From: Acidobacteriota bacterium
Lineage (GTDB): Bacteria > Acidobacteriota > Thermoanaerobaculia > Multivoradales > JBCCEF01
DNA: 64,000 nucleotides
Reading direction: 5' to 3'
NCBI GenBank assembly: GCA_039030395.1
Contig: JBCCEF010000001.1
Span: forward strand, 417,315-481,314
How positions within the stretch are numbered: position 1 is the first letter of the stretch; every line of letters begins with the position of its first letter. This document shows positions 34,600 through 44,654 of this stretch, piece by piece. The notes beneath the pieces are model-generated. The model saw nothing but the letters and a program-made list of their open reading frames with translations, was not told where the DNA came from and searched no databases. The translations under genes and the position numbers were made by a program.

Positions 34600-37500
34600 G
34601 CTTCCTGCTCGATCTCCTCGGCCGGCGACGGATGATTCTCACTTCCGTCGCGCTGCTGGCGCTCGCCGGCGGCCTCGCCTGGGGCACCATGCCGCGGCAA
34701 GAGGATCCGGAGTTTCTCTCCTACTGGGGACAGATCATCGTGCCTTTCCCCGGGGCCGACGCGCGCACCGTCGAACGGCTGGTGGTGGAGCCCCTGGAGG
34801 AGCATTTGGCGGAGGTGAACGACCTCTACCTGATCGAGTCCTTCGCCCGCGCCGAAATCGCCGTCTTCGAGCTGGAGCTGCGGCCGAACGTCAAGGACGT
34901 CGACGAAGCCTGGGACGACACCCGGGAAGTGATCGCCGAAGCGCGGCGAGACTTTCCCGCCGGCGTCTTGGAGCCGACCTTCAAGGACGACACGACGGAC
35001 CAGGAGTCGGTGGTGGTGGCGATCACCGGCAGCTCTGATCGCTGGGCCCTCGCCCGCGCCGCCGAGCGGGTGAAGGATTCCCTTCTAGGACTGCCTTCGG
35101 TCTCCCGGGTGGAGATCGTGGGCGACCCGGAAGAGCAGGTGACGGTGGAGCTGGACGATGCCGCCGCCGCACGCCTCGGCCTGGCTCCGGGGTACCTCGC
35201 CCGGCAGCTCCAGGCGCGCAACGGCATCCTCGCCGGCGGCACCCTCAAGGTGGGCGACCAGCAGGTCACTCTGCGACCTCACACGGATTTCCGCGATCTC
35301 GACGAGATCGCCGCCACCCCCATTCTTCTGGTCTCCGGCGCGGCCATTCCCCTGTCCGAGGTCGCCACGGTGCGTTACGGCGCCAAGGAACCCACCCCCA
35401 ACCGCATGCGCTTCAACGGTGAAACCGCCGTCGGTCTCGGCGTGGTGCCGCGCAAGGGGATCAACGTGGTGAAATTCGGTGAGGCGGTGCGCGAGCGACT
35501 GGCGGGGATCCAAGCGGACATCGCTCCGCTGGAGCTGCACGAGGCGATCTTCCAGCCGGATCGAGTGGCCTGGCGCATTTCCGATCTCGGCCGGTCGCTG
35601 CTCCTATCGATGGTGATCGTCGCCTGTTTCCTGATCGGCGCCATGGGCGCCCGGCTCGGCGCGGTGGTAACGGTGATCGTGCCGCTGGTGGTGTTCTCGT
35701 CCCTCGCTCTCTATGCGCTGCTGGGCGGCCAGCTCCACCAGATCTCCATCGCCGCCCTGGTGATCGCCCTCGGCATGCTGGTGGACAACGCCATCGTGGT
35801 GGCCGAGAACGTCCAGGATCGCCTCGACCGCGGCGAGCCGGCGGCGGTGGCGGCACCCTCCGCCATCCGCGCCCTCGCCGTTCCCCTGGCCGGCGCCACC
35901 GGCACCACCCTGGCGGCCTTCGTGCCGATGCTCGCCGCCGCCGGGCCGACGGCGGAGTTCACCCGCGCCATCCCCCAGTTGGTGATGCTCACCCTCGCCA
36001 TGAGCTACTTGTACGCGGTGTTCGTGACCCCGATCCTTTCGCAGATGGTGCTCCGCCGGCGCGAGACCCAGAAGCCTCCCTGGCTGCAGTCGATCAGCCA
36101 CCGCTTCGGCGCCCTGGCCGTCGGCCGGCCGCTACTGGTGCTGGCCTGTGCCGCGCTGCTCGTCGGGCTGTCCTTCTATGCCTCGAGCTTCGTGCGGCGG
36201 GGGTTCTTCCCGCAGTCGGACCGCAACCAGTTGATGGTCGACCTGAAGCTGCCGGAAGGCGCCCACCTCGAAGCGACCAACGAGATCACCGCTCGCTATG
36301 AGCGCGCCCTGTTGGCGCGGCCGGAGGTGGCCGGCGTAACCACCCTGGTGGGGCGCTCGAGCCCGCACTTCTACTACAACCTGCCGCGCATTCCCCTGGC
36401 CCCGAACTTCGCTCAGCTCGCCGTCGAGACGCGCAATCTGGACGACGTGGAGACAGTCCTCACCTGGAGCCGGGAGTTCGTTGCCCAGGAGATGCCGGCG
36501 GTGGAGATCACCGCCCGGCGGCTGGAGCAGGGGCCGCCGGTGAAGGCGCCCATCGAGGTACGCCTGTTCGGTGAAGACCCAGAGCACCTGGAGGAGGCCG
36601 TCGGCCGGGTGGTCGCCGAGCTGCGGGGCATTCCGCAGGCCGTTGACGTACGCCACGATCTCTCCCTCGGCTCGCCGACGGTGGACTTCCGAATCGACGA
36701 CGCAGCCGCCGCCCGCCGGGGGATCAGCCGCGCCGACGTCGCCCACGCCCTGTTCGGGCGCACCCGCGGCCTACCCGCCGGCGAGTACCGGGCCGGCGAG
36801 GATCCGGTGCCAATCGTGGTGCGTTCGTCGGCCGGCGAGGACCTGCCGGTGGACTCCCTCGGCGGACTGCAGATCGCCACCGCCGACGGCGACACCGTAC
36901 CGCTAGAGCAGGTCGCCACCGTCGGTCTGGAGTGGCGGCCGGCGGCGATCTACCACCGCAACGGCCGGCGGGTCGTCTCGGTCACCTCGCAGCTCGCCTT
37001 CGGTGCCTCCTACAATCAGGTGCTCGCCGAGCTGCAGCCGGCTCTCGCCGAAATGACCCTGCCGCCGGGGGTCGAATGGGCACTCGGCGGCGAAAGCGAA
37101 GGCTCCGGCGACGCCAACGCCGCCCTGGTGCGGATGGTGCCCCTCGGCCTGCTGCTGCTGATGGGCATCCTGCTGGCGGAGTTCAACTCCTTCCGGCGCA
37201 TCGCCATCGTGATGGTGACGGTGCCGCTGGCGGCGGCCGGCGTGGTGCCTGGGCTGCTGATCGGTGGCCAACCCTTCGGCTTCACCTCGACCCTCGGGCT
37301 GATCGCCCTGGTGGGCATCGTGGTCAACAATGCCATCGTACTGCTCGACGTGGTGGAGAAACGCCGCCGCGCCGGGGCGCCCATCGCAGAGGCCCTCGCC
37401 TCCGCCGTCGAGCGGCGCACCCGGCCCATCCTGCTGACCACCGGCACTACCATCGCCGGTTTGCTGCCGCTGGCCTTTTCGTCCACCTCTCTGTGGCCGC

Positions 37501-39026
37501 CGATGGCCTGGTCGATGATCTCCGGCCTGCTCGCGTCGACGCTCCTCACCCTGTTGGTGGTGCCGGCCCTCTACACCCTGCTGTTCTCGCGCTGGAACGA
37601 TCTGCCCTTCCGGCGCGCCGCCACCGCGACCACCCTGGTGCTCGCGCTGTCGGCGGTCCTCGCCGCTCCGGCCCTGCGGGCGGAGGAGACCGACGACGAT
37701 CCGCGGACGGACCCGACCGTTGTCGCCTCGCCGATCGAAGTCACCCTAGCCGAGGCGATGGACCAAGCCTTCTCCCGGCCGGGCGCCGAGGCGGCCATGG
37801 AGCAGGCCATCGCCGCCGGCTGGAACGCCGAAGCGGAGCGCCGCGAAGGATGGCTGCCGCTCCTTGACGTCTTCGCCTCGGCGGTCACCCGCAGCCAGGC
37901 CCTGGCCTTCGACACGCCGATCGGCGAGCTGACCTTTGTCGAGCGCAGCAACGAAACGGCAGAGGTGGTGGTGAGCCAGCCGCTGCTCGACCTGCGCCGG
38001 CGCCGCTTTCTGGCGCCGGCCGCCCGCACCGACGCCGAGTCTCTCGGTTTCGACGCTCTGCGCATCGGCCATCAGGCGGTGGCCCAGGCGGGACTGGTGT
38101 TTGTCGATCTCCAAGGAGTGGCCGCCCGCCTCGAGACCACGGCAACGTTCATCGACAGCCTGGAGAACCGCCTGGCAGAAGCGAACGCCCGTTTCGACCG
38201 GGGACGAGCCCTCGAGAGCGATGTACTCAAGGTCCGCCTCGCCCTCGACAGCGCCCTTCAGGATCGCGTCGCCCTAGAGGCACAGCAAGAGGTGCTGCGC
38301 TTTGAATTGGGCCGCGCCATCGCTTACCAGGGCGGCGTCGCAGCGGCGTGGGATGGCGTGCCGGAACTGCCGTCACCGGCCTCCTTCGAAGTCCTCTTCG
38401 AAGCGGGGCTGGCCCACCGCCCGGACTACCGCACCTACACGGAGCGGGAGCGAGGCGCCACCCTGCGCCGCGAGGCGGTACGGGCGGAGCTGCTCCCCCG
38501 TTTGAACGGCTACGGTCGGTGGAGTTGGGACAGCGGCAGTCCCTTCGATCCAAAGGATCAGGTCGAAGGCGGCCTCCAGATCCGCTGGACCCCCTTCGAC
38601 CGCGCCACCCGCGGCCCGCGGCGGGTGGCCGCCGAGAGCCGCCTGGCGTCCATCCAGGCGGAGCGCAGGGAAGCGGAGCGGGTGGTGGAGATCGACATTC
38701 GCCAGGCGCTGGCGGCCATCCGAGTGGCGGACCAGGCCCTCGCCACCGCCATCACCGGGGTCGATCAAGCGGGCGAGACGCTGCGGGTGGAGCGGCGGCG
38801 CCAGGAGGCCGGCCGTTCCACCACCAACGACCTGCTGGAGGCGGAGGCGGCGCTCCGCGATCAGCGGACGAGGGAGGAACTTGCGCGGCTGGACATCGTC
38901 CGCGGCTGGGTGCTGCTGGGACTTGCCGTAGGGGATCCGGAACTGGTGCTGCGGGGAGGGGAACTGCTCCAGGGAGCCCCGAAGAGCCCCCTGGAGATCT
39001 ATCGTGAGCGCTTCGGCGACGGTTAG
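34596..39026 (+). CDS. RND efflux permease (AcrB/AcrD/AcrF family) fused to a TolC-like outer-membrane factor
   Basis: About 1000-aa RND (LGMLVDNAIVV, GIVVNNAIVL, RTRPILLT) followed in frame by about 450 aa with OEP-like repeats (DVLKVRLAL; RRQEAGRSTTNDLLEAE). Confidence 0.88.
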   Translation: MSFLLDLLGRRRMILTSVALLALAGGLAWGTMPRQEDPEFLSYWGQIIVPFPGADARTVERLVVEPLEEHLAEVNDLYLIESFARAEIAVFELELRPNVKDVDEAWDDTREVIAEARRDFPAGVLEPTFKDDTTDQESVVVAITGSSDRWALARAAERVKDSLLGLPSVSRVEIVGDPEEQVTVELDDAAAARLGLAPGYLARQLQARNGILAGGTLKVGDQQVTLRPHTDFRDLDEIAATPILLVSGAAIPLSEVATVRYGAKEPTPNRMRFNGETAVGLGVVPRKGINVVKFGEAVRERLAGIQADIAPLELHEAIFQPDRVAWRISDLGRSLLLSMVIVACFLIGAMGARLGAVVTVIVPLVVFSSLALYALLGGQLHQISIAALVIALGMLVDNAIVVAENVQDRLDRGEPAAVAAPSAIRALAVPLAGATGTTLAAFVPMLAAAGPTAEFTRAIPQLVMLTLAMSYLYAVFVTPILSQMVLRRRETQKPPWLQSISHRFGALAVGRPLLVLACAALLVGLSFYASSFVRRGFFPQSDRNQLMVDLKLPEGAHLEATNEITARYERALLARPEVAGVTTLVGRSSPHFYYNLPRIPLAPNFAQLAVETRNLDDVETVLTWSREFVAQEMPAVEITARRLEQGPPVKAPIEVRLFGEDPEHLEEAVGRVVAELRGIPQAVDVRHDLSLGSPTVDFRIDDAAAARRGISRADVAHALFGRTRGLPAGEYRAGEDPVPIVVRSSAGEDLPVDSLGGLQIATADGDTVPLEQVATVGLEWRPAAIYHRNGRRVVSVTSQLAFGASYNQVLAELQPALAEMTLPPGVEWALGGESEGSGDANAALVRMVPLGLLLLMGILLAEFNSFRRIAIVMVTVPLAAAGVVPGLLIGGQPFGFTSTLGLIALVGIVVNNAIVLLDVVEKRRRAGAPIAEALASAVERRTRPILLTTGTTIAGLLPLAFSSTSLWPPMAWSMISGLLASTLLTLLVVPALYTLLFSRWNDLPFRRAATATTLVLALSAVLAAPALRAEETDDDPRTDPTVVASPIEVTLAEAMDQAFSRPGAEAAMEQAIAAGWNAEAERREGWLPLLDVFASAVTRSQALAFDTPIGELTFVERSNETAEVVVSQPLLDLRRRRFLAPAARTDAESLGFDALRIGHQAVAQAGLVFVDLQGVAARLETTATFIDSLENRLAEANARFDRGRALESDVLKVRLALDSALQDRVALEAQQEVLRFELGRAIAYQGGVAAAWDGVPELPSPASFEVLFEAGLAHRPDYRTYTERERGATLRREAVRAELLPRLNGYGRWSWDSGSPFDPKDQVEGGLQIRWTPFDRATRGPRRVAAESRLASIQAERREAERVVEIDIRQALAAIRVADQALATAITGVDQAGETLRVERRRQEAGRSTTNDLLEAEAALRDQRTREELARLDIVRGWVLLGLAVGDPELVLRGGELLQGAPKSPLEIYRERFGDG

Positions 39027-39562
39027 CCCGCCGAAATGGTGACCGGCACCTGGGTCTTGACCCAGCGCAGCACCAGTTCGTCGCCTTCGATCACGAAGTC
39101 CATCGCTTCCACGTGGTCGCCGCCGCGCGGCTCGACCTCGAACCGCACCACGTCCTCCGCCTCCGCATAGTCGTAGGCGCCCCACTGCTCCGCCACCTTG
39201 TTGAGGATCACCGTCCAGGAGCCCTCGCCGGGGATGGTGAACAGCGAGTACGTGCCCGCCGCAACGGCCTTGCCGCCGACCTTCGCAGCGGAACCGAAGG
39301 TCACCGTGGTGGCCTCGTCGGCGCCGGTGCGCCACACCTTGCCGTAGGGCACCAGAGCGCCCCAGATCTCGCGATCGCGCACCTGCGGACTGCCGTACTC
39401 CACGGTCACCGCCACGCCGTCGACGGTGCCTTCGACCTTGCCGTTCTTGCTCTTGCGGCTGCTGTCGTCGCCGCGTTCGGCGAAGGCCGGCGCCACCGCC
39501 ACCAGCACCATCAACAGACAGGCGATCAGCGCAAAGGTGCTCTTCGAAAGCTTGAAGTTCAT
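39023..39562 (-). CDS. DUF2911-like secreted protein
   Basis: VEYGSP..RDREIWGALVPYGKVWRTGADEAT, GTYSLFTIP, QWGAYDY. Confidence 0.88.
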   Translation of the reverse strand: MNFKLSKSTFALIACLLMVLVAVAPAFAERGDDSSRKSKNGKVEGTVDGVAVTVEYGSPQVRDREIWGALVPYGKVWRTGADEATTVTFGSAAKVGGKAVAAGTYSLFTIPGEGSWTVILNKVAEQWGAYDYAEAEDVVRFEVEPRGGDHVEAMDFVIEGDELVLRWVKTQVPVTISAG

Positions 39563-39755
39563 TTCAGAATCTCCTCCGGGTGTTGTCTCGCTCCCGAGAG
39601 TCGGGATGCGTAGGGTTCTATTGCAATACGTCTCCTACAATCATAGTAGATCCCCCAAACCCTTCCGGATCTACGGTGACTCCCCTACGGAGTCGCCTGG
39701 AGACGACCAGGCGCAAACGCTTGCAATCCTCGGGCCGGGAGCGACAGCCTGCACC

Positions 39756-39795
39756 AAGAAGAAAAGGCCGGTCACCCGCGGGGGGGACCGGCCTT
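39756..39795 (-). terminator. Intrinsic terminator downstream of the FAD oxidase gene
   Basis: AAGGCCGGTC-ACCCGCGGGGG-GACCGGCCTT stem, followed by a T-rich tract on the minus strand. Confidence 0.65.
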
Positions 39796-39816
39796 GGTGG
39801 CTCCGATGCCGGAGGG

Positions 39817-41271
39817 TTAGGCGTCCAGCATGAAGAAGCCCGGATTCAAGATGCCGTCCGGATCGAAGCGCTTCTTCGCCTCTTTGATGGTCCCCCACAA
39901 TTCACTGCCGAAGTGGTTCTCCCACTCCTCGACGGTCTTGAAGCTGATCCAGCCGGAGAGGTACCGCTTGCCGCCGTAGGCGACGGTGAGTTCGTGGAAC
40001 ATCTCGAGCTGGGAGAGGGCCTGGTCGAGGAACTGAGTCGGCACCGCCGGCAGGATGCCGAAGCCCATCAGGTTCTTCGACTCGCTCTCCGGATACATAA
40101 AGAGCGGCACATCGGAGTTGTCGTTGCGCGCCGGCCACAGCAGGATGTGGCCGCCGGGCCCTAGAGCCTGCGGCGGGAAGCCCGAAAGCACCGTCGGAAT
40201 GAGCTCCTTGGCGACGTCCCAGGTGAGGGTGGTCTCCACCCACGGGTGGTGCATTTCCCAGTTGCCGGAGCGGTGCCAGAGATCGAAAATCGGCACCAGG
40301 CGGTTGCAGAACTCGAGCTGCGTGTACTCCTCGTCCCGCAGGTGCTTGTAGTACTTGAGGCCGTCGAGAATCGCCGCGTCGTCCGGATCTTCGCCTTCGT
40401 TGTATTCCACCGTCAGGAACATCGGATACATCCAGTGGGCATAGAGCTGCATGCCCTCACCGAGGGTCAGGCCCTCGCCGATGCGCTGGGTGAAGATGGG
40501 ACACGGCGCGCAGCGTGACTCCAGGGTGTGGAAGCGGTCGTGGTTCTCCGGCTCCATCACGAAGGAGGCATCCTCCATGAAGGTCTCCAGGTCGTCGTAG
40601 AGAAGGTGGTACATGCGCACCTTCTCTTTGCAGCGGCGGAGCATCACCTTGGCGCGGGTGATGATGCCGAACTGGCCGAAGCCGCAGCGCACGGCGTTGA
40701 ACAGATCGGTGTTCTCCTGCCGCGAGCAGACCACGATCTCACCAGTGCCGGTGACCACTTCGAGTTCGATGACGTTGTCCGCCTGGGTGCCGTAGCGATA
40801 GCTCGCCACCCCCAGGCCGGCCACCGAGATGGTGCCCGCCAGGGACACGCCGAGATTGTTGGTCAGCACCCGCGGCACGAGGCCCAAGGGCACCGTCGCC
40901 GCCACCAGTTCGCGCCACACCAGCCCGCCGTCGCAGTCGGCGTAGTTGCCCTCGTGGGAAATCTCATGGATGCGCTGCATGGAGGCGGTGTCGATCACCA
41001 CGCCGCCGTCGGTGGTGGATTGGCCGGTCTGGGTGTGGCCTTGGCCGCGGGCCACCACCACGATGCCGTGGTCGCGGCAGAAGCGCACGATCTCCGCCAC
41101 TTCTTCGGCCGAGGCGCAGCGGGCGACAGCACCGGGCATCTGGCGCACGACGCGGCCGAAATCGGTATCGAATTCGCGCCGCACTTCCTCGTCGAGAAGC
41201 AGGGCATCGCCCAGCTTCTCTTTCAGCTCGAGCAGAGCCTCGGTCTTGTCGATGGGTGAATGAACGGCCAT
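39817..41271 (-). CDS. FAD-linked oxidase, cytokinin dehydrogenase-like (VAO/PCMH family)
   Basis: ARGQGHTQTGQS (covalent FAD His), NVIELEVVTGTG, GFGQFGIITRA, HPW, KKRFDPDGILNPG. Confidence 0.8.
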   Translation of the reverse strand: MAVHSPIDKTEALLELKEKLGDALLLDEEVRREFDTDFGRVVRQMPGAVARCASAEEVAEIVRFCRDHGIVVVARGQGHTQTGQSTTDGGVVIDTASMQRIHEISHEGNYADCDGGLVWRELVAATVPLGLVPRVLTNNLGVSLAGTISVAGLGVASYRYGTQADNVIELEVVTGTGEIVVCSRQENTDLFNAVRCGFGQFGIITRAKVMLRRCKEKVRMYHLLYDDLETFMEDASFVMEPENHDRFHTLESRCAPCPIFTQRIGEGLTLGEGMQLYAHWMYPMFLTVEYNEGEDPDDAAILDGLKYYKHLRDEEYTQLEFCNRLVPIFDLWHRSGNWEMHHPWVETTLTWDVAKELIPTVLSGFPPQALGPGGHILLWPARNDNSDVPLFMYPESESKNLMGFGILPAVPTQFLDQALSQLEMFHELTVAYGGKRYLSGWISFKTVEEWENHFGSELWGTIKEAKKRFDPDGILNPGFFMLDA

Positions 41272-41376
41272 GGGAACCTCCCTACGTCGGGGAATCTACT
41301 CGGAAATGGCGACCGGAACGGACGGCTGCCGAAGTCATGCATCTGCTGGCCGAAGAAGCCGGCCGGAACCTCGATT

Positions 41377-42429
41377 CTAACGCATCGCGAAGGCCGGCTG
41401 GGGCTCCGGAACGATGTGCCCTACTTCGAGATTGCGATGGTTGGAGAGCACCGGCCAGCGGAACGCGGAAAGCGCTTCCACCTCGGCTGCGGAAAGGAAG
41501 CCATGGGCCAGGAGCAACTCGATCGCCACGCCGGCCCACGCCCGATCCGCACCGTCGACAACCTTGAGGGCGATGCCGCAGGCCGGAGACTGGTCGGAAG
41601 GCTGCCGAACGGCCATGGCGTACATCCCTTCGGCTCCCTCTTTGCCGATCACCCGCCCACCGGTGACCTCGATCAGGCGGGTGGTGAAGCGCCCCGGCCC
41701 GGCCACCATCGCCGGTGCCCCGGCCATGGCGGAGAGAATCCGGTGGGCGGCCCGCGCCACCTTCGGCGCCAGGCCGGCGGTTTCCGGCTCCACCAGGGTG
41801 GCGTAGCCCACCGCCAGCGCCTCCAGCGGCAGGTGGAAGGTCGGCACACTACAGCCATCGACGGCGAGACCGAGATCCGCCGCGCCGACCCGGCAGAAGG
41901 TCGCCATCCAGCGCAGGATCTCCTGCTGAAGCGGATGCTCCGGCCGCGAGTAGCCTGCCGTCGGCCAGTTCTTGAGACGGCAGGTCATCAGCATGCCGGC
42001 GTGCTTGCCGGAGCAGTTGTTGTGGGCCGGGCCGGGTTCGCCGCCGCCGGCCCGCAGGTCCCGGGCGGCCCGGCGGTCGAGGGGCGAATGGGCACCGCAT
42101 TCTAAATCTTCCAACCCGCAGCCGGCCCGCGCCAGCAGCTCCCGCGCCCGCTCTTCGTGCTCCGGGAAACCGCCGTGGGAGGCGCAGATCAGCGCTAGAT
42201 CTTCCGCCGAGAGATCGAACGCTTCGATCCCGCCGGCCAGCACCAGCGGCAGCGCCTGAAAGGGCTTGGCCGAGGAGCGGGCGAAGGTGGTCCAGCGGGG
42301 ATCGCCGGCCGCGCCCAGGCGGGTACCGTCCGCCGTCATCGCCGCCGCCGCGCCGAAGTGCATGGACTCCACCAACCCACCGCGCAGCGTCCGGGCACAG
42401 AGCACAAGGTCGAGAGAGGAAGTTTCCAT
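41377..42429 (-). CDS. L-asparaginase II family (Rhizobium etli type)
   Basis: RGGLVESMH, RSSAKPFQA, ASH, HNNCSGKHAGM, DGCSVP, GKEGAEG. Confidence 0.9.
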   Translation of the reverse strand: METSSLDLVLCARTLRGGLVESMHFGAAAAMTADGTRLGAAGDPRWTTFARSSAKPFQALPLVLAGGIEAFDLSAEDLALICASHGGFPEHEERARELLARAGCGLEDLECGAHSPLDRRAARDLRAGGGEPGPAHNNCSGKHAGMLMTCRLKNWPTAGYSRPEHPLQQEILRWMATFCRVGAADLGLAVDGCSVPTFHLPLEALAVGYATLVEPETAGLAPKVARAAHRILSAMAGAPAMVAGPGRFTTRLIEVTGGRVIGKEGAEGMYAMAVRQPSDQSPACGIALKVVDGADRAWAGVAIELLLAHGFLSAAEVEALSAFRWPVLSNHRNLEVGHIVPEPQPAFAMR

Positions 42430-42625
42430 GGCAGAGATCCCACAACGAAACGGGGCGCCGGGAGCGTAGCACGGAGCTTCGCCGGTTCGATTCGGTTCAA
42501 CGCTATGCTTGGCGCGTTATGAAGGCGAAGAATAAAGACCCGGTCCCTATCGGGAAATTCTCCCGAACCGCGGGCTCCGAGCCGCAGGAACGAGAGGGGG
42601 AGCGCCCGCTGGCGCCGCCGGGGCC

Positions 42626-43084
42626 ATGAAGATCGGCGTCCTCTCCGACACCCACGGCCTGCTCCGCCCGGAAGTTCCGGAGCTGCTGGCCGGCTGCGAC
42701 CAAATCTTGCACGCTGGGGATATCGGCGAGGCGGAGATCCTGGAGCGTTTGCGGCAGATCGCGCCGGTAGCGGCGGTGCGCGGCAACAACGATCGCGGGC
42801 CGGCCTGGGCTTCCCTGCCGGACGTCTTGACCGGCGAGTTCGACGGCCTGGCCTACCGCATGGTCCATCGCCGGCAGGACGTCGAGGAGGTCTGGACCCG
42901 ATCCGCCCGGCTGATTGTCTTCGGCCACTCCCACCGGCCGGAGATGGAGTGGCGCGGCTCCTGCCTGCTGCTCAATCCGGGGGCCTGCGGGCGGCGGCGC
43001 TTTCAGCTTCCGCTCACTCTCGCTATCCTGCACATCGAGGACGGCCGGATCGAACCGGAATTCCGCACCGTGCCGGACGCCTGA
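42626..43084 (+). CDS. Metallophosphoesterase (YfcE family)
   Basis: SDTHG, HAGD, VRGNND, GHSH and NPG motifs. Confidence 0.92.
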   Translation: MKIGVLSDTHGLLRPEVPELLAGCDQILHAGDIGEAEILERLRQIAPVAAVRGNNDRGPAWASLPDVLTGEFDGLAYRMVHRRQDVEEVWTRSARLIVFGHSHRPEMEWRGSCLLLNPGACGRRRFQLPLTLAILHIEDGRIEPEFRTVPDA

Positions 43085-43127
43085 TCCAACCGAAAAACCC
43101 CGTGAAAATCCACCTGCCGGAGACTTC

Positions 43128-44423
43128 ATGCCCATCGCCCGCGCCTTGATCGTTGTTCTCGTGCTCATCACCACCACCGCGCCGGCCTTCGCGTCGGGCT
43201 TCTACCGTTTTCAACACGGCGGCCGCGCCACCGCTCAGGTGGGCGCCATGACCGCCCGCGCCGACGACCCCTCGGCGGTGTTCTACAACCCTGCCGGCAT
43301 CACCCAGCTCGACGGTTTCCAACTCCTCGGCGGCCTCGACTTCAACAACGCCACGGACGACTATTCGAGCGCGACCTCCGGCATCCAGTCGGCGGATCAC
43401 GTGATCAATTTTCCGCCGGCGATCTATGCCACCTGGACGGACCGCTCGCGCTTTGCCAACCTGTCCTTCGGCCTGGGCATCGACACCGCCTACTGGTACC
43501 GGGTGGATTGGGATCCGGTGTTCTTCGAGCCGCGCTTCCGCAACCGGCTCACCGAGCTGCGCCTGTGGGAGGTCCATCCGGTGGTCGCCTGGAAGGTCAA
43601 CGAAGCGTTCAGCGTCGGCGGTGGAATTCGCTACCAGTTCGGCTCCTTCGACCAAGGGGCCAATACCCGCATCGTGTTCGGCGACGACGAGGAACCGGGC
43701 ACCCTCGATCCCGCCGAGATCACCGCCGACGCCGAGGCGAGCGTGGACGGCCTGGGCTTCGATCTCGCCGCGCACTGGACCTCCAACCTGTGGGGTTGGG
43801 GCGCCGTCTACCGCAGCGCCATCGAACTCGAGGGCGACGACCGCGTGAGCCGAGCCGTGCGCGACCAGCCGTTTTCACCGGACGCTCAAGCCCTTCTCGC
43901 GATCCTCCTCGACGACTTCGGCGGCGAGAGCTTCCGCCAGACCCTCGACCTGCCGGCGGAGCTGCGCGGCGGCGTGTGGTTCGCCCCGTATCCGGAATTG
44001 AAGGTCGAGATCAACGCCTCGTATCAGGCCTGGTCGGATTTCGAACAGCGCTTTGACGCCGAGCTGACCCCGGTCTTGCCCGCCTTCTTCGGAGACCGCG
44101 CCGGCTGGGACGACACGGTGTCGATCCGCCTCGGTGCCGAAGGGCGCCTGACCGATGCCCTCACCCTCACCGGCGGCCTCGCCTACGAGCCTTCGCCGGT
44201 GCCCGAGGACGAGGTGGATCCCGGCTTTCCGCGCGGCGACGCCATGGTCTACGCCCTCGGCCTCTCCTACGAGTTCCCCAAGGTGATCTTCGATCTCGGC
44301 TATTCGATCCACGATCACGACTCGGTGACGGCGAACGGCCAGGAACCGCGCTTCCCCGACACCCGCGGCACCTACTCGGCGGACGACCAGGTGTGGTCCG
44401 CCTCGGCCCGCTGGAAGTTCTAG
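43128..44423 (+). CDS. OmpP1/FadL family outer-membrane transporter
   Basis: Signal peptide, then SGF...A.ADDPSAVFYNPAG hatch motif; beta-barrel ending in WKF. Confidence 0.88.
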   Translation: MPIARALIVVLVLITTTAPAFASGFYRFQHGGRATAQVGAMTARADDPSAVFYNPAGITQLDGFQLLGGLDFNNATDDYSSATSGIQSADHVINFPPAIYATWTDRSRFANLSFGLGIDTAYWYRVDWDPVFFEPRFRNRLTELRLWEVHPVVAWKVNEAFSVGGGIRYQFGSFDQGANTRIVFGDDEEPGTLDPAEITADAEASVDGLGFDLAAHWTSNLWGWGAVYRSAIELEGDDRVSRAVRDQPFSPDAQALLAILLDDFGGESFRQTLDLPAELRGGVWFAPYPELKVEINASYQAWSDFEQRFDAELTPVLPAFFGDRAGWDDTVSIRLGAEGRLTDALTLTGGLAYEPSPVPEDEVDPGFPRGDAMVYALGLSYEFPKVIFDLGYSIHDHDSVTANGQEPRFPDTRGTYSADDQVWSASARWKF

Positions 44424-44604
44424 CAGGTTGCTGAAAAAGGGCTTCGCCCTATGATCTCAGCTGCCCTGCTAGATTTTTTCGCCAGGGGCTGGACGCCCCC
44501 TCACCTGAAAAGATTCATCTTTTCAGGCTCACCCCGCCCACGGCGCCAAAGGCGCCGCCTCACCCTTCGGGCTCGGAACAGTGTGCAGATAGGTTTTTCA
44601 GCAA
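44420..44604 (+). mobile_element. Structured dispersed repeat / MITE-like element, copy C, with 11-bp terminal inverted repeats
   Basis: CTAG start; TTGCTGAAAAA (44428-38) / TTTTTCAGCAA (44594-604); internal palindrome CCTGAAAAGAT-TC-ATCTTTTCAGG; same linkers as copies A and B. Confidence 0.65.
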
Positions 44605-44654
44605 GCGGTCAGCCACCTTCCCTCCACCGGCCTCGCGATAGAGTTCTTCCAGCC

